64,000 nucleotides of DNA from Macrostomum lignano. Its lineage: Eukaryota. Where the stretch lies: contig NIVC01000012.1 of assembly GCA_002269645.1 (NCBI GenBank), positions 1,488,001 through 1,552,000 on the forward strand, read 5' to 3'. A model generated the notes under the pieces. That model did no database searches. It was not told the origin of the DNA and saw only the letters and a list, made by a program, of their open reading frames with translations. Position 1 is the stretch's first letter; each line of letters opens with the position of its first letter. A program made the translations under genes and the position numbers. This document shows positions 1 through 41,058 of this stretch, piece by piece.

Positions 1-27699
<27,699 letters not shown>

Positions 27700-27874
27700 A
27701 GTCACTGACAGTGTTGATAATGTCTACCAGAACCAAGCAACTTCTAAGCCAACTTATTGGCTGATATTGACTTTGGAATTTTGAAAAAACAGAGTGCACT
27801 TATCAGTAGCTGTGTATCTCATGAAGGTAAAAATTAGCAGAAATACATGCCGAAACTCACTTCGTAATAGGGGG

Positions 27875-28445
27875 GTGTTACCGTGCCTATAGATCACTCA
27901 GTAGAATGCTACCCCTGCCTATAGATCACTCAGTAGGATGCTACCCCTGCCTATAGATGATTCAGTAGGATGCTACCCCTGCCTATAGATCACTCAGTAG
28001 AATGCTACCCCTGCCTATAGATCACTCAGTAGGATGTCCCCCTGCCTATAGATCACTCAGTAGGATGCTACCCCTGCCTATAGATCATTCAGTAGGATGC
28101 TACACCTGCCTATAGATCACTCAGTAGGATTCTACCCCTGCCTATAGATCACTCAGTAGGATGCTACCCCTGCCTATAGATCACTCAGTAGGATGTCCCC
28201 CTGCCTATAGATCACTCAGTAGGATGCTACCCCTGCCTATAGATCATTCAGTAGGATGCTACACCTGCCTATAGATCACTCAGTAGGATTCTACCCCTGC
28301 CTATAGATCACTCAGCAGGATGCTACCCCTGCCTATAGATCACTCAGTAGAATGCTACCCCTGCCTATATATCACTCAGTAGAATGCTATCCCTACCAAT
28401 AGACCACTCAGTAGGATGCTACCCCTGCCTATAGATGATTCAGTA
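27875..28445. repeat. 32-bp minisatellite (cctgcctatagatcactcagtaggatgctacc)n just upstream of the GCN1 ATG
   Basis: Direct. Confidence 0.92.
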
Positions 28446-30093
28446 AAAATGAACATAATCGCAATAATAAACATAGATTTAATCTGCTAACCTGCATCAT
28501 ATATTAACGCATATTGATATATATTTATTTAGTAAACGCACAATATTCAGTTATATTTACTCGCATTAACAAACGACTTGATCATAGCCAAAAAATGTCA
28601 TTGGCTACTTTAGAAAAAGAGAATTTACAAAACGAATATAAGATATTAAAATAAGTGAAAAAGACAAATTTTAATATAGACAGACACGCGGACGCAACAA
28701 TCGCAAAGAATGACATACTAAATATAACTAAAATCTCTGCATCAGTGCCTCGAAATAACATCAATTGCATAAACAGGTTGGTTTAGTTTTACATTTTTAA
28801 AAATATGTGCGCGTAGTGAAAACATACTACTCAACTGAACTCAGAAGACGCATATTACAAAATCCATATAGTTGACAACTATTACTAATTAGCAAGAGTA
28901 AGTGCGCAGGTGCCAAAAAATATAGTCATGCATAGCGAACCCGACATCAATTGTGGAGATGGTCTTGTGTAAAAACACACAATCTCAAAACTCTTAGTTC
29001 TCTTCTTTGCATAACTATTCTGCATAAGAAAAGCACGAAAAAGGGAACTGCACTATCAAGGCGCTGGTGTAAGTTAATAAAAAGCATTCATTATGTCAAA
29101 AAAAAACTTTAGGAACATCAACTATATTTATGATAATTATTATTGATTTTTTACTCAGTTTACTCAAATATAGAAATATGAGTATAAATATGTCAGTTTC
29201 TGTTAACTTCTTCCACAATCTCCTGAGTTAACCCTGAGAGCAAAAAAATATTTATTTACAAATAATTATAGCAACAGCAAAATGGCAAATCTAAGTAAAT
29301 AATATATACATATACAAAGTTTATAATTCAATAAAAAGAATTTGAGCTCACTAATATGAGCCTTTACAGTGTTAATTATAAGTATCAATAAGCAATTTTA
29401 TGGTTTTAGAATTTAATAAATTTCTAATTTAACAATCACAAACTGAGCACACTCGGCGCAGAGGCTTGAATTGTACAAAAACAAAGTTGCATATTGTAGC
29501 ACTACTGTTAGTAGCAATATTGATAAATATGAACGTTTTCTTTAATAAAAATTGTACACGAGATTAAATAGAAAACAATAATTACTACAGGCAATATTGT
29601 CTCTTCACAATTGACTTACCGGGTCGATTTTAAACTCTACTAAATAGATTTTTTGAAGAGTAAATTCAACAAATTAAAGATGACATTTATAATAAAACTT
29701 ATTAAACTAAAGCTAATTTACTGTAGTATTACAAAATATTAAGATATGTTTTAATTGATTTTAATGTAGTCTGATGCCAGCCACAGATACTATAATAACT
29801 CGTTAGGCCGCATGAAAAAATTCGCTTATCTACTGTTTTTCAGTAGTAAAATTAGCGCTTTTAATTCGTTTTAGTAAAATTAAAAATCTATTAAACCTTA
29901 CATTAACTTTTTAAAGCTGCAACAATCGCCTTCTGGTCTGGCTTTCTAAAAGTAAATCTGTTAAATAACATCTTCACAAGGTTTGAAGCAGCACCCAAAT
30001 CCAGTGCCTGTGCGTAGCGAGCAAGAAGAAAAAGGTTGGCGCCCCAGCCCCCAGCCAGGCCGATAAAGCTAGGCTTCCCTCTTGCCCGCTTAT

Positions 30094-30470
30094 GTCTGAC
30101 TTTGACTTCTCTCCTTACTGCTCTCTCATTGGCTGAGCCAGATTAGGCCTGTCCCCTAGGCTGAGTTTCGTCCGTCTGACTTTGACTTCTCTCCTTACTG
30201 CTCTCTCATTGGCTGAGCCAGATTGGGCCTGTCCCCTAGGCTGAGTTTCGTCCGTCTGACTTTGCCTTCTCTCCTTACTGCTCTCTCATTGGCTGAGCCA
30301 GATTGGGCCTGTCCCCTAGGCTGAGTTTCGTCCGTCTGACTTTGACTTCTCTCCTTACTGCTCTCTCATTGGCTCAGCTAGATTGGGCCTACCCCAGGCT
30401 GAGTTTCGTCCGTCTAACTTTGACCCTCTCTCCTTACTGCTCTCTCATTGGCTGAGCTAGATTGGGCCTG
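30094..30470. repeat. 80-bp tandem repeat (~4.7 copies) containing inverted CCAAT boxes
   Basis: Units start at 30094, 30174, 30254, 30334, 30414. Confidence 0.9.
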
Positions 30471-30839
30471 TTAACTAACTAGACTGTCTGTTTCACTTTT
30501 GTACATCAAGTTTTATATTCTTAAATCCCAGGGATGATCCTTAGGCTACAAACCTCGAGCGAGGAAGGAAAGGAAATTTTAGCTGTCACATTAAACTTAG
30601 GTGACACTGCGCAGATAAACTACTGAAAAAAGAGTAGATGCTTCGATTTTTTAAAACTTAAATTTCGAGTGACATAGCTGACTATTCTAGCCCCTTGTAG
30701 TTGTAGTTCTAGCCACTGTGTTTCTACTGCAGTTAAAATTTTGCAAGCCGTCAGATCGATCAGTAACGATCGATTTCATCAATTTCAGTTGAATGTCCCA
30801 AACGCGCGCACACAAAACAAATGCAGATTGATTGCCAAT

Positions 30840-32363
30840 TCAGCTGATTGTACAACACCGTATTCGAAACTTCTCCATTGATGCTTTTGACGCAGCCTGA
30901 GCAGTATTAGTGGCTTGAGCCGAGGAATTAGCAACAGCGATGACTAATCCGCTATCCTGTCTTGAACAGGAAGCCAGCTGTTGCTGACGCTGCCATTTGG
31001 CATTGCCGCTGTTGATATCAACCGCCTGGTGACTATGATTTCTCTGCTGATGACCACCGCTATTGTGCGGAGGCAGGCGACCGATCTGCCTACTATTTCG
31101 CTGTCTAGAACTGCGGGACGAACGCCTGCGCTGTCTGGAAGAATGCGCTTGCTGCTGCTGCTGATGCTGTTTCTGCTTTTGCGAACGAGTAGATGACCCG
31201 CTATCGGACGCTCTGTGGATCTCTTCTGAGCTAAGCGATACGCACTGATTAACATGACCGGATAAGCCAGTTCGCTTATTGTGATTACTATCGGACTCTT
31301 TGCGCGGCTGTTTACTACTACTATCACTTCTAGTAGCATTCCGTCTGCTCGAATCCACAGTATCATCTCCAGAATTTTTGTCAATTATTTCTCCGTCGCA
31401 GTCGTCACCAGAGTCGGCTTCAAGGTCAACTTCGTCTGTTGAAGCCACAGGCGCCGTGGTGGCAGCAAGAATTGTGGAATTACTATTATTATTATTGCTA
31501 GTAGTAGTACTAGTAGTAGTATTTCCGCTAGCTGGATAGAACACGCACGAGTTCTGCTTGCTGCCATTGTTAATAGGGCTGGGACAGCCGCCTAGATCGC
31601 GCATCAAATCCACTGCCACCCGCTGAGACGACAGCGATCGAAGACTTGAAGCCAGCGAGCTCAACGAGAAACTGCTCTCCCTAGCCGCGCTAGATCGACG
31701 CTTCTGCGACGATGTCGATGAGCCTCCGCCGCCGACATTCGCAGATTGCAGCGTCGCCGCGCCGGGAAACAGCGCCGATGAAGAAAGAACCGGCGTAGGA
31801 ATCTGCAGCACTCCGCCCTCCCCTGTCTCCTCTTCTCTGATTGGATCGCACAGGGCGGCCAATCCTGATAGGCTGGAGAGACGGCCGCCCACCCCACCGC
31901 CGCCGCTGAACTGCGGAGACTGCAAACGAACCGGCGGGGTGCCGCTCCCAGCCGCTGTGGCCGCGGCGCCGGCGGCAGCGGCCTCTTCCAAACAAGCGAC
32001 ATCGTCGTCTTCTTCTTCTAGAATCATTGAGAAACGGCGCAGTTTCTCTTCGACGCTAAGCGAAGCAGACGAAGATTGTCGACTGCTGCCGCCGCCGCTG
32101 GATGCTTGCTGTTGCTGCTGCTGAATGTCAGCGCTTGCTGCCGACAATGCAGTCGGATCCGATGTCTTTCGCTGGCTTTGATGCTGCTGCTGCTGCTGAT
32201 GTTGTAGCAGCAAATGTCGAGCGGAATAACCCGCGGCCGGAGATGCTAGGTTCCGTTTAATTAACCTCTCAGCTAGCAGATAAAACGTGGACGTAATGTA
32301 ACTGTAATCGTCGCGTTCTAATGCTTCGAGTATCTCCTGCTCTGTTGCTAGGCCGCCGTCCAC
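30840..32363 (-). CDS. SNRK: SNRK exon 3
   Basis: tgcag|[15 protein letters not shown]... to stop. Confidence 0.88.
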   Translation of the reverse strand: MDGGLATEQEILEALERDDYSYITSTFYLLAERLIKRNLASPAAGYSARHLLLQHQQQQQHQSQRKTSDPTALSAASADIQQQQQQASSGGGSSRQSSSASLSVEEKLRRFSMILEEEDDDVACLEEAAAAGAAATAAGSGTPPVRLQSPQFSGGGGVGGRLSSLSGLAALCDPIREEETGEGGVLQIPTPVLSSSALFPGAATLQSANVGGGGSSTSSQKRRSSAARESSFSLSSLASSLRSLSSQRVAVDLMRDLGGCPSPINNGSKQNSCVFYPASGNTTTSTTTSNNNNSNSTILAATTAPVASTDEVDLEADSGDDCDGEIIDKNSGDDTVDSSRRNATRSDSSSKQPRKESDSNHNKRTGLSGHVNQCVSLSSEEIHRASDSGSSTRSQKQKQHQQQQQAHSSRQRRRSSRSSRQRNSRQIGRLPPHNSGGHQQRNHSHQAVDINSGNAKWQRQQQLASCSRQDSGLVIAVANSSAQATNTAQAASKASMEKFRIRCCTIS

Positions 32364-35300
32364 CTGCAGTGCAAAATCGACAGTTTAAATTGTTTAAATC
32401 GACTGCAAGTTTGTGACAAACTGAACGGAAACCGAGGCATAAAATTTTAATGTACATTGGAGCAGAGAAACTGAAAGTACATTGGGGCAGAGAATCTGAA
32501 TGTACATTGGGGCAGAGAATCTGAATGTACATTGGGGCAGAGAATCTGAATGTACATTGGGGCAGAGAATCTGAATGTACATTGGGGCAGAGAATCTGAA
32601 TGTACATTGGAGCAGAGAAACTGAATGTACATTGGGGCAGAGAATCTGAATGTACATTGGAGCAGAGAAACTGAATGTACATTGGGGCAGAGAATCTGAA
32701 TGTACATTGGAGCAGAGAATCTGAATCTACATTAGGACAGAGAAACTCAATGTACATTGGGACAGAGAATCAAACTGTACATTGGGGCAGACAGTCTGGA
32801 CGTACTCTGGGGCAAAGATAAACTGCAAGCATGTACACTGGGCAAGAGAGAAAATTGCATGGATGTACACTAGGACAGAAAATCTGAATGTAAACCAAAA
32901 ACCAGAACTGTCCCCAACATCTGCTACTCACCATCTTGCCAATGACCTCCTGTTGGTCAGCCTGACTAATCCTACCCAGACTAATCAATGGCCTCTCATC
33001 GTAAACGCTATGCTGCTCGTCGGCGAACCAATCGTCAGTTAGTATGCCATCCAAAGTTGGCCGTTTCGATGGATCCCGCTGCAATAATCGGCTAATAAGG
33101 CTGCGACATTGGTTGGTAACGTGCTTAGGGACTTTGTAACGCACGTCCATAATGCGAGCTAAGGTCTCGGAATCGTTAGGCTCTTGAAATGGCAGGCGAC
33201 CGGATACTAGCATGAATAGGATCACACCTGTCAACGCGTTGGCGGGACGGTTTGCGGGTATGAACGATGAGCGACACTTGTCAATCATTTTAATCATCGC
33301 AAGTTATTTTGTGGGCACCCTGGCGCAACGCCCTCGGTGACTTTGTCCCACAACCATGCAGAAGTGCAGTACATACAAGCGCACCAAGACCGTACGCAGG
33401 CACAACACTCATACACACGCTCACACAGGGGGGGGGGGTACAGCGGTGGTAAGTCACGCACTTAGCAACACTGCTTATTAGCTAGTTTTTTTTTACATTT
33501 CAAAATTTCCCATGAGTTAGAATAATTAGATACTCCATTAAAATGCACTCTAAGAGGAGCTAAATGTCATTTAATGTAATTAGTTCAAGTAGTGTTTTTG
33601 ACAGCCTAACTGAGAAAAAAAGCCATTTAAACCGAGAATCCTCTATACGCTGCCTGCGAGGGGCCTTGGCTGTTTCATGTCTTAGTCTATGGGCCATAGA
33701 CTGTGAAAGCCAACCAAAGGGATAAAAAGAAACCCAAACTGAGAATCGATCGGTTTCTCTCCAGCCCCTGAGAGCTCAACCAAGGACAACTTAATAACTC
33801 AGGACCGGAAACGAGCCAATTCATGGCGAAAAAAGTATGAGGCTCGTTTAAAAGCATTGTTCTATGGCCCATCCGTGTGCTACGAAAGCGAAGAAATCTG
33901 AGCTGAAAATTGAGTTCTTCGCATGCACTTGCAATTGAGAGAGAGAACTTTTATTCTTGCTGAAACTAAATATCATGCCGAGAAAATGCAGCGTCATTTT
34001 CTGTTGAGCAAACTACAATAGTAACCGTGATCGGAATGTTGCAGTATTTTCATTTCCTAAAGATGCAACTGAACGAGAGGCTTGGCGACTGTCTCTGCCT
34101 AATCAACTGACGGTAAGAATTTCTTCAAATGTGCTTTGTGAATCAGATTTAGCCTGGCCACATGAATTTATTAACAATTTTGTTGTTGTTTAGACCGTGA
34201 CAGACTACATGGGCGTGTGCATTCAACTCGTCAATCAACATGTGGCGCTTGTGTGTGACAACCATCCCACAAACAGAAAGTGCTTCTCGATGTTTGCTGC
34301 TCAACAGAAAAAACCTTGGATCGGCAAATCTGAATCACAGGAGTCTACTTTCTTTTTGCTCCATGATGTTGTACACCTTTTGAAGTAAATTCAGAACAAT
34401 TGGCAGACTGAGTCTGATGGAATGCTAACCATTCGTTTGCCCAAGTCTACAACAGTCGTCACGGCTAAGTGGTCAGACATTGTAGAACTGTATAGATCTG
34501 AAGCAAATCACATTGTTAAGCGTACAGGCATTACATACGAAGCGTGTTTCCCAACAAATGTCCAAAAGACTAAAGTCAATTTGGCTCTTCAAGTTTTCTG
34601 CGACAATGTTGCTGCCGCCCTAAAATGCGACGGGAAGAATGGAACAGCTGCATTCATTGACGTAATTTCAAAATTCTGGAAAATTGTGAACTGCAAGAAC
34701 CCGCATCTTCATGTTAGACTTAATGACCCAGACAGACGGGCTGTCTATTCAGTTCAAGATCCAAACATCAAGTTCCTGCGCGCGCTTTGCGAATCGATTG
34801 AGGAGATGCGCAGTGGAAAGGGAAGAACAAGACACCAATCTCTGACGTCAGAGACGAAGAGGTCATTAGCTTACACTATTCATGCAATCATAGAACTATG
34901 CGAACGACTGCTCTGCGAATCTGGTGCAACGTACATTCTCATAGCGGAGTTGCAAAGTGATCCTCTGGAAGCAGAATTTGGTGTTTATCGCCAAATGAGC
35001 GGAGGCAATTACTTTATCTCAGTAGAGCAAGTTCTTCTCAGCGCTCGACTCCGACGAATGAAACTCTACACAGTGTTACAGCTGGATGGATTCGTGCACA
35101 ACAAAGGACTTTGCTGCGACACGCCCCTTTCAGACGAAGAACTTTCGACGCTCGATGACTGCTACGTCAAAGCTGAGAGCCTATCAATGGCCGAAAAGGC
35201 ATCTGTTTATTATATTGCAGGTAAGGCATGCATTTGTGTTACTTGAACTTGGATGGAAATACCGATTGCTGAGGCGAAGGACAACTGAGGCATAATAATA

Positions 35301-37133
35301 CCATTTCAGGCTACATAACGTTTAAGGAGAAAATTGCCGGTGATGATACTGCCGAAAATTTAAACACCCCGCTCGGTGAATTCACTGAAATGATTTCCCG
35401 GGGAAAGTTGAAGCACCCGCCAAAGTGGCTGTTCAATTTTGCTTGCCTTTGTTTCGGATGCTTCATTTCGCTGCGATCACCGTAATGTGCTTTGCGAGTG
35501 CGCAAATTGTTTGCTGCCGTTGGCGAGTTTTACTTCCCTGAAGCAGATGTTCTGGGATGCTGCGTGCACCTCACCAACTGTTTCTTCAAGGGTTATGTTC
35601 AACGAGGAGCAAATAGCGCTCCTTCACCGGATAAAGTGCACGATAGAAAAATACTGAAGCTGAGTGGACAGTGAGCGAACCTGGAGCAAACACTTCACTA
35701 ATTATCATAGTCAGCTCTTGTCCCGTTCTGTGACTGTTATTTTCCTCTCTGTTTGTAGTTCAGATGAAGAAAGAATCGTAAATTTTTCTCGAGTTTCCTT
35801 ATACATGTGCTGCGTGTACAGCTTTCCCATTGTGTATTTTCACGACGGTTACTTTATGTAATAAAACTATTTAACATTTAAGAAAACCGACCCTGCACCC
35901 GCCTTCTGACTGCCTATCAAAAAGTCAAATATGATACGAGTATACATTGGCAACTGAAAGCATGCGCATACGGATGGGCCATAGAAAAATGCTTTTAAAC
36001 GAGCCTCATACTTTTTTCGCCATGAATTGGCTTGTTTCCGGTCCTGAGTTATTAAGTTGTCCTTGGCTCAACCCTCCTCGTTCGTTGCCTCTCCAACACC
36101 CACAAGGGATGTTGCCTACTTGTATTTACCACTTATATGTAATACAAATACTCTGCAGTCCAAATGCCTATTGCTTCATCTGTAAACCGCCCAGCGACTC
36201 ATCGCAGTCGTTTTCTTTTTTTCCTTGCAACATCGAGTGTATCTGTTTCTGTTATACAAGGCAATCGACTATGACCCATAGACTAAAGCAAGAAATAGCC
36301 AAGGCCCCTCGCAAGCAGCGTATGGAGGCTTCTCAGTTTGGCAAAAGCAGTAGTAATTCAAGGTCAGAGGCTTAACAGATCAAAAGCATAGGGTATAGAT
36401 ATACTTTGACTGCTGCCAGCTGGGTTTTCAATTTGGCATCCTGAATCTCTAGAGGCTCTATAAAACCCAGCTCACCTAGCGACCAGACATCCACCTTAGG
36501 CGCATCATAGGAATCGCCAAGCAGAATTTCCGGCGCCGAATAGGCCAACGAGCCACAAGAGGTTTCCAAATACTTGCCAGGCGTGAACACATTGGAGAAA
36601 CCGAAATCGGTCAATTTAACAATGCCCAATCGTTCGAATACGACGCAGTTCTCTAATTTTAAATCTCGATGACACACGTGCAACCGATGACAATAAGCAA
36701 TCGCGGTGACAATCTGATGAAAGAAACTCTTAGCTAAAGACTCCTTTAATCCGCTGTTGTCATCCTGTCGAACAATGAAATCGTACAGGTCACCGCCGTC
36801 GCCCAACTCCAATATGAGATAGAGCTTATTAGGCGTATCGATTACGTCATACAGCCTAACAACATTTGGATGCTGTACAAGCTTCATACACATCACCTCC
36901 TGATAGAGGCTCTCTCGATTAGATGAATCTAATTTAGCTTTGTCAATAACTTTAACGGCAACCTGTTCGCCAGTAAACACGTGCCTAGCTAGTTTGACAA
37001 CGGCAAAATGGCCCCGGCCAATGGTGTGATGCAGCTCATACTGCCCAGCTATGCGCATCTCTGCCGAGTCACGAGAATAGTGCCGATTAGGCTGCAACTG
37101 CTGTCGCCTCTGTACAGCAGGGTCTAGAGACAT
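30840..37133 (-). CDS. SNRK: SNF-related serine/threonine kinase (kinase + UBA + long low-complexity tail)
   Basis: Exons 37133-36476, 33227-32932, 32363-30840 join in frame. Motifs: [73 protein letters not shown]|VILFML, and [15 protein letters not shown]. Confidence 0.93.
32440..32900. repeat. 25-bp minisatellite (aatgtacattggggcagagaatctg)n in SNRK intron 2
   Basis: Direct. Confidence 0.92.
32932..33227 (-). CDS. SNRK: SNRK exon 2
   Basis: gacag|..[22 protein letters not shown]...GKM|gtgagt. Confidence 0.92.
33781..36065 (+). mobile_element. P-superfamily (THAP-transposase, Galileo-like) DNA transposon, defective
   Basis: ~100-bp TIRs starting CAAGG (3 mismatches), 7-bp TSD GCTCAAC at 33774-33780 and 36066-36072, transposase remnants inside. 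Confidence 0.88.
33975..35674 (+). pseudogene. THAP/P-element transposase pseudogene (3 exons: 33975-34112, 34194-35220, 35310-35674)
   Basis: THAP start [20 protein letters not shown]; [13 protein letters not shown]; [18 protein letters not shown]; [14 protein letters not shown]. Stops at 34005, 34386, 35483. The THAP domain is fused directly to the VCDN region, implying an internal deletion. Confidence 0.85.
36476..37133 (-). CDS. SNRK: SNRK exon 1
   Basis: ATG 37133; ...VWSL G|gtgagc. Confidence 0.92.
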
Positions 37134-39956
37134 CTTTGCACTGATTATTGAGATTCTGTTATCATGCGATTATGAAACTAAATATACTACTTGCATCAGG
37201 GCATATGGATTTACACTACAGCAGTCTAGTAAGGAGTTTAGTCATTTTGTTTGTTGATGCAAGTAACGCTAAACACAGAGAATAGCTGAAATGTGCATTG
37301 GTTAATTACCTTTTTAGTGAATAAGCTACCTTTGCAATTACAAATATTATTAACTAAAATATACTTTGCATTCATATAACAAAAAGGCATATTAAAGGTT
37401 AAAAGAATTTTGCTATTTTAAATCAAAAATTTGTGCAAGAAACTTTTTTATCTTGTATTTGATTCTGTTTGGAAACTACGTGTTTTTTCAATTCATTGAG
37501 CAATACCTTTGGTATACTAAGACAAAGCTTATCATTTCTATGGATGATGGAGCCTTGGCATGCTAATGAACCAAATAATTATATTTATCTATACCAGACC
37601 ATATCATTTGCAATAGTTGCAGGCAGGACATTTAGGGTATTAAACAAGCAATCCTTGTCTCCCATTAGAGATAACAAAGAAAAGAATAAAAACTTCAAAT
37701 ACAAAATATACATAGAAGGCCTTCTAGTGTCACTGCTCATATTTTGAAGATTTTTAATGAAAAAGATGGTTGGCTAGTCTATTTTGTGACATGATGTTAG
37801 GAATTCCTACAGTTTTTAAAAATTTGTCTTTTTTTTATCCTAGAGCTTTTATTCATATACAATGTGTTGCATATGCTCAGTGTAATATTGCCTTATAGAC
37901 AAAACCTTTAGTTGCCAATTTGGAAAAATACTGATAGTCAAATAATTTATAAGCTATATATCAGCATGTACTGATATTAATTCATGACCTAGGTACTTAA
38001 TTTGACATATTAAGGTAGAACCTATGTCTAAAATTATATAGTCTAGACAAACAGTCCTTTATATAATAATAATATATCTATAGATATAGCAGCTGATAGC
38101 AATTTTAAGCTCTATTTTTTACTTTTTGCTAATACTAAAGATAGCTACCAAAGGTTTTAGTCTAACTATATACTATCACAATTTTGACTTTTGTTATAGT
38201 TGGTTATGTAGCTAGCTATCAAAAAACATTCGGTATAGCAGTTGGAAGCTTCAATTCTTGCTAATATTAAAGACAACTATCAAATGTTTTAATCTAACTA
38301 TACTACTAACCAAGGCATGAAGATGTGTATTGTTATCACAATTGTGGCCATTGCTATAGTCAGCTATTTAGTTGCCTATAAAAACATTCATAATAACTTA
38401 TATAGCCATCCAAAGTTTCACTTCTTGCTTATACCAAAGTAGGTTTATACCAAACTACCAACCTCATTGCCCTGCTAGTAGTTGAAAACAGAAGGCCCCA
38501 AGCAGAAGCAATTGGCTCTATTTTTAGCACAGGCAGCTACATCTGTATAATTGTATATAGTAAAGGCAAATCAAGGATCTGCTGCAATGACAACATTGGC
38601 TAGGACTTAGCAGATTACAATGCTGCCACTTGTTCCATTGTCAAAGCCCCAGAAGACCTTAACTTAAGCCATTATCAGAGCAAAATAGCCACAGCCATGG
38701 CACCATATCTTAATAAGATTTTAGCAATGTAAATGAGACTACTAACTCTATGCAAAGAAGCAACCCAACACTAGAGGCCCTAGTGTCAAAATGGCAACCT
38801 AAAGATTATTGTGCATTGATATGCAAATTAATTGCCCTATGAAACTCATACATACATGCCCAACACCTGTCCAACCCATTCAAACTGGATAGGTGAAATG
38901 GCTGCTAGCCAAGGTAAGTTGCAAAATTGAAAATGCAAAAAACCAAAATTGGGGGGAGAAAGAAAAGAGAGGAAGAGAAAGGAAAAAAGAAGAGAGAAGA
39001 GAAAGAGGGAAAAGAGGAGAGAAAAAGAGAAAGAGAAAAAAAGAGAAAAAGGTAAGAAAAGTCATATAGAAAGTGAAAATTAAGTCACAATCAGGGGAAC
39101 TAAGTTGCAATTGAGAGGAACTAAGTCGCAACTAGGAGGAACTAAGTCACAATCATGAGGAACTAAGTTGCAAATCTGGACAAAACTAAGTTGCATTAGA
39201 TGGGTGAAATTTTGAGGTTGGGCATATATGAGCTCATAAGTTAAGAAACTTTGGCCCTATATTGAGCAGTTTTGCCTCAAGGTTGCCTTCTTTAGGCTAG
39301 ACCAATGCCAACAATTTCCATAGAGCTGACAGGTATAGCCATACCTCAAATAGCTATAAGAGTAGCATAACACTTTAGAGGCTGTGACCATTTTGCAAGA
39401 CATGGCCTATCAAATGCATTGCACAATGAAAGCTACAAACTACCTTTATAGAAGTCCCAGTGGTAGAAGAATTTCAATGGTTTTTTCTAGCAAATTGGAT
39501 AGTTAGTCTACTAAGACCTACCAGCTCTATAGTATGTAGCTTATTGAATTGATCTAGAAAAAACTTTCACTGAAACTTAATTATTATACTTTTATGCATT
39601 AGTTTGCATAACTTGAACCTTGACTACCAATTATTTTATCTATTGTTTTTAACTATTATCTTCTTATTGACAGTACTAGGCACCCATATTTATTAATTAA
39701 TTTGATATGGGAATTTTTTATTTGAAACTTTATTATTTGATTTTAAGAGGAAGAAGCTAAGGTTGCACTACTATTTTACTTATTCTTTTTTATAGCAATC
39801 AAATTTGTTTATAATGCCAAATAAGGTTTCCTTTTTGTTTTACTATACAAATATTTGGCCAAAGCATTATTATTATAAATGTGCAAAAAATTTGGCTATA
39901 AAAAGAAGCAATTTTTGCTCTATAATAATCAATTGTTTATTGTTCCATAGTAGAGG

Positions 39957-40319
39957 TTTTTTTATTAGAGGCAGGGGGGTTGTGTGCACCCTGGCGCAAT
40001 TTAAGCGTCATTGGCACACAACCGGCGAGAGGCATTACTGCCCATTCCGCAGACTCCCCTGAGCAGGCATACAAGTGCGCGGATACGTTACGCAGGCACA
40101 CACTCACACAGGAGTGTACAGCAGCCCTAACTTTTGTCAATTGTTAGGCATGTACACTTCACTGCGCCTTGGGGGGTTGGCTCTCAAGGCCATTAATTGC
40201 ACAAGCGAGCCAAGCCAAGATTCCAATCCAGCCCCAAATTAATGTGGCTGCACTTGGAATTGAGCCTGGGTCGCAGCACACCAGAGCAGCTGCGCTACCA
40301 CTAGGCTACAGCCCCCCCC
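39957..40319 (-). mobile_element. tRNA-derived SINE with A-rich tail
   Basis: Head TGTAGCCTAGTGG...GGCTCAATTCC, A-rich tail at 39957-39963, 12-bp TSD CCATAGTAGAGG at 39945-39956 and 40320-40331; related fragment at ~33310-33440. Confidence 0.75.
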
Positions 40320-40352
40320 CCATAGTAGAGGTAGTAGAGTATTGTTCCATAG

Positions 40353-40750
40353 TAAAGGTTGGACGGGATTGAAATCTTCGGGCACGATTGAGATTGGGAA
40401 TAATTTTTTTCTCGGGATTGGGATCAGGATTGGAATTCGGGAATCGGGATCAGGTCTTTTAGTGTATTGTCCATGTAAAGTTAAACAAAATTGAGAAAAG
40501 ATTGTCAAGATCAAGAAGTAAAACACAACAAAATTGATATGAAGTTTTGTAACCAACAAAGTAAATAATGTAATGAGTAAAAGTTAAAGCAAAATACTTT
40601 CAAGTAATCACTAATTCTATAAATTTTTAATCAAAAGACCTGTTCCCAAATCTAGAGTTTTTTAGGGTTGGGATTCTGGTCTATGGGAATTCAATTTTCC
40701 TTGGGATCCCAAGATTTCGGGATTGGGATTGGGATCCTGTCCGACCTCTA
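40353..40750. mobile_element. Non-autonomous hAT-like MITE, 398 bp
   Basis: TIR TARAGGTYGGACRGGAT, 8-bp TSD TTCCATAG at 40345-40352 and 40751-40758, subterminal GGGATT repeats. Confidence 0.8.
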
Positions 40751-41058
40751 TTCCATAGCCTATTAGTTCAAATATATAGCTACCCAGACCTTAGGAAATA
40801 ACTTTGGAAATTGAACAATTTGCTTATTTGAACAAAGAATTCTAGGAATAGTTTAAGAGGATCTAATAAGAGTAGGAATTGAAATTATATATAAAAAATA
40901 CTAATACTATAAAAGTAAAAGGCCATTTAAGCTACACATTCTGCAGTAAAAAATGAATTGCAAAATGAATTGCAAATCTTATTAAATTTAAATAAAATAT
41001 AAATGCTAAGTAATTAAAGTATATTATGATTATGAACTATATTATATAATCTTATAAC

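Larger units (their letters stand above)
33629..36339. mobile_element. Older foldback/MITE-like element hosting the P element
   Basis: ~71-bp inverted arms at 33629-33699 and 36269-36339 with about 9 mismatches; no TSD found. Confidence 0.55.
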
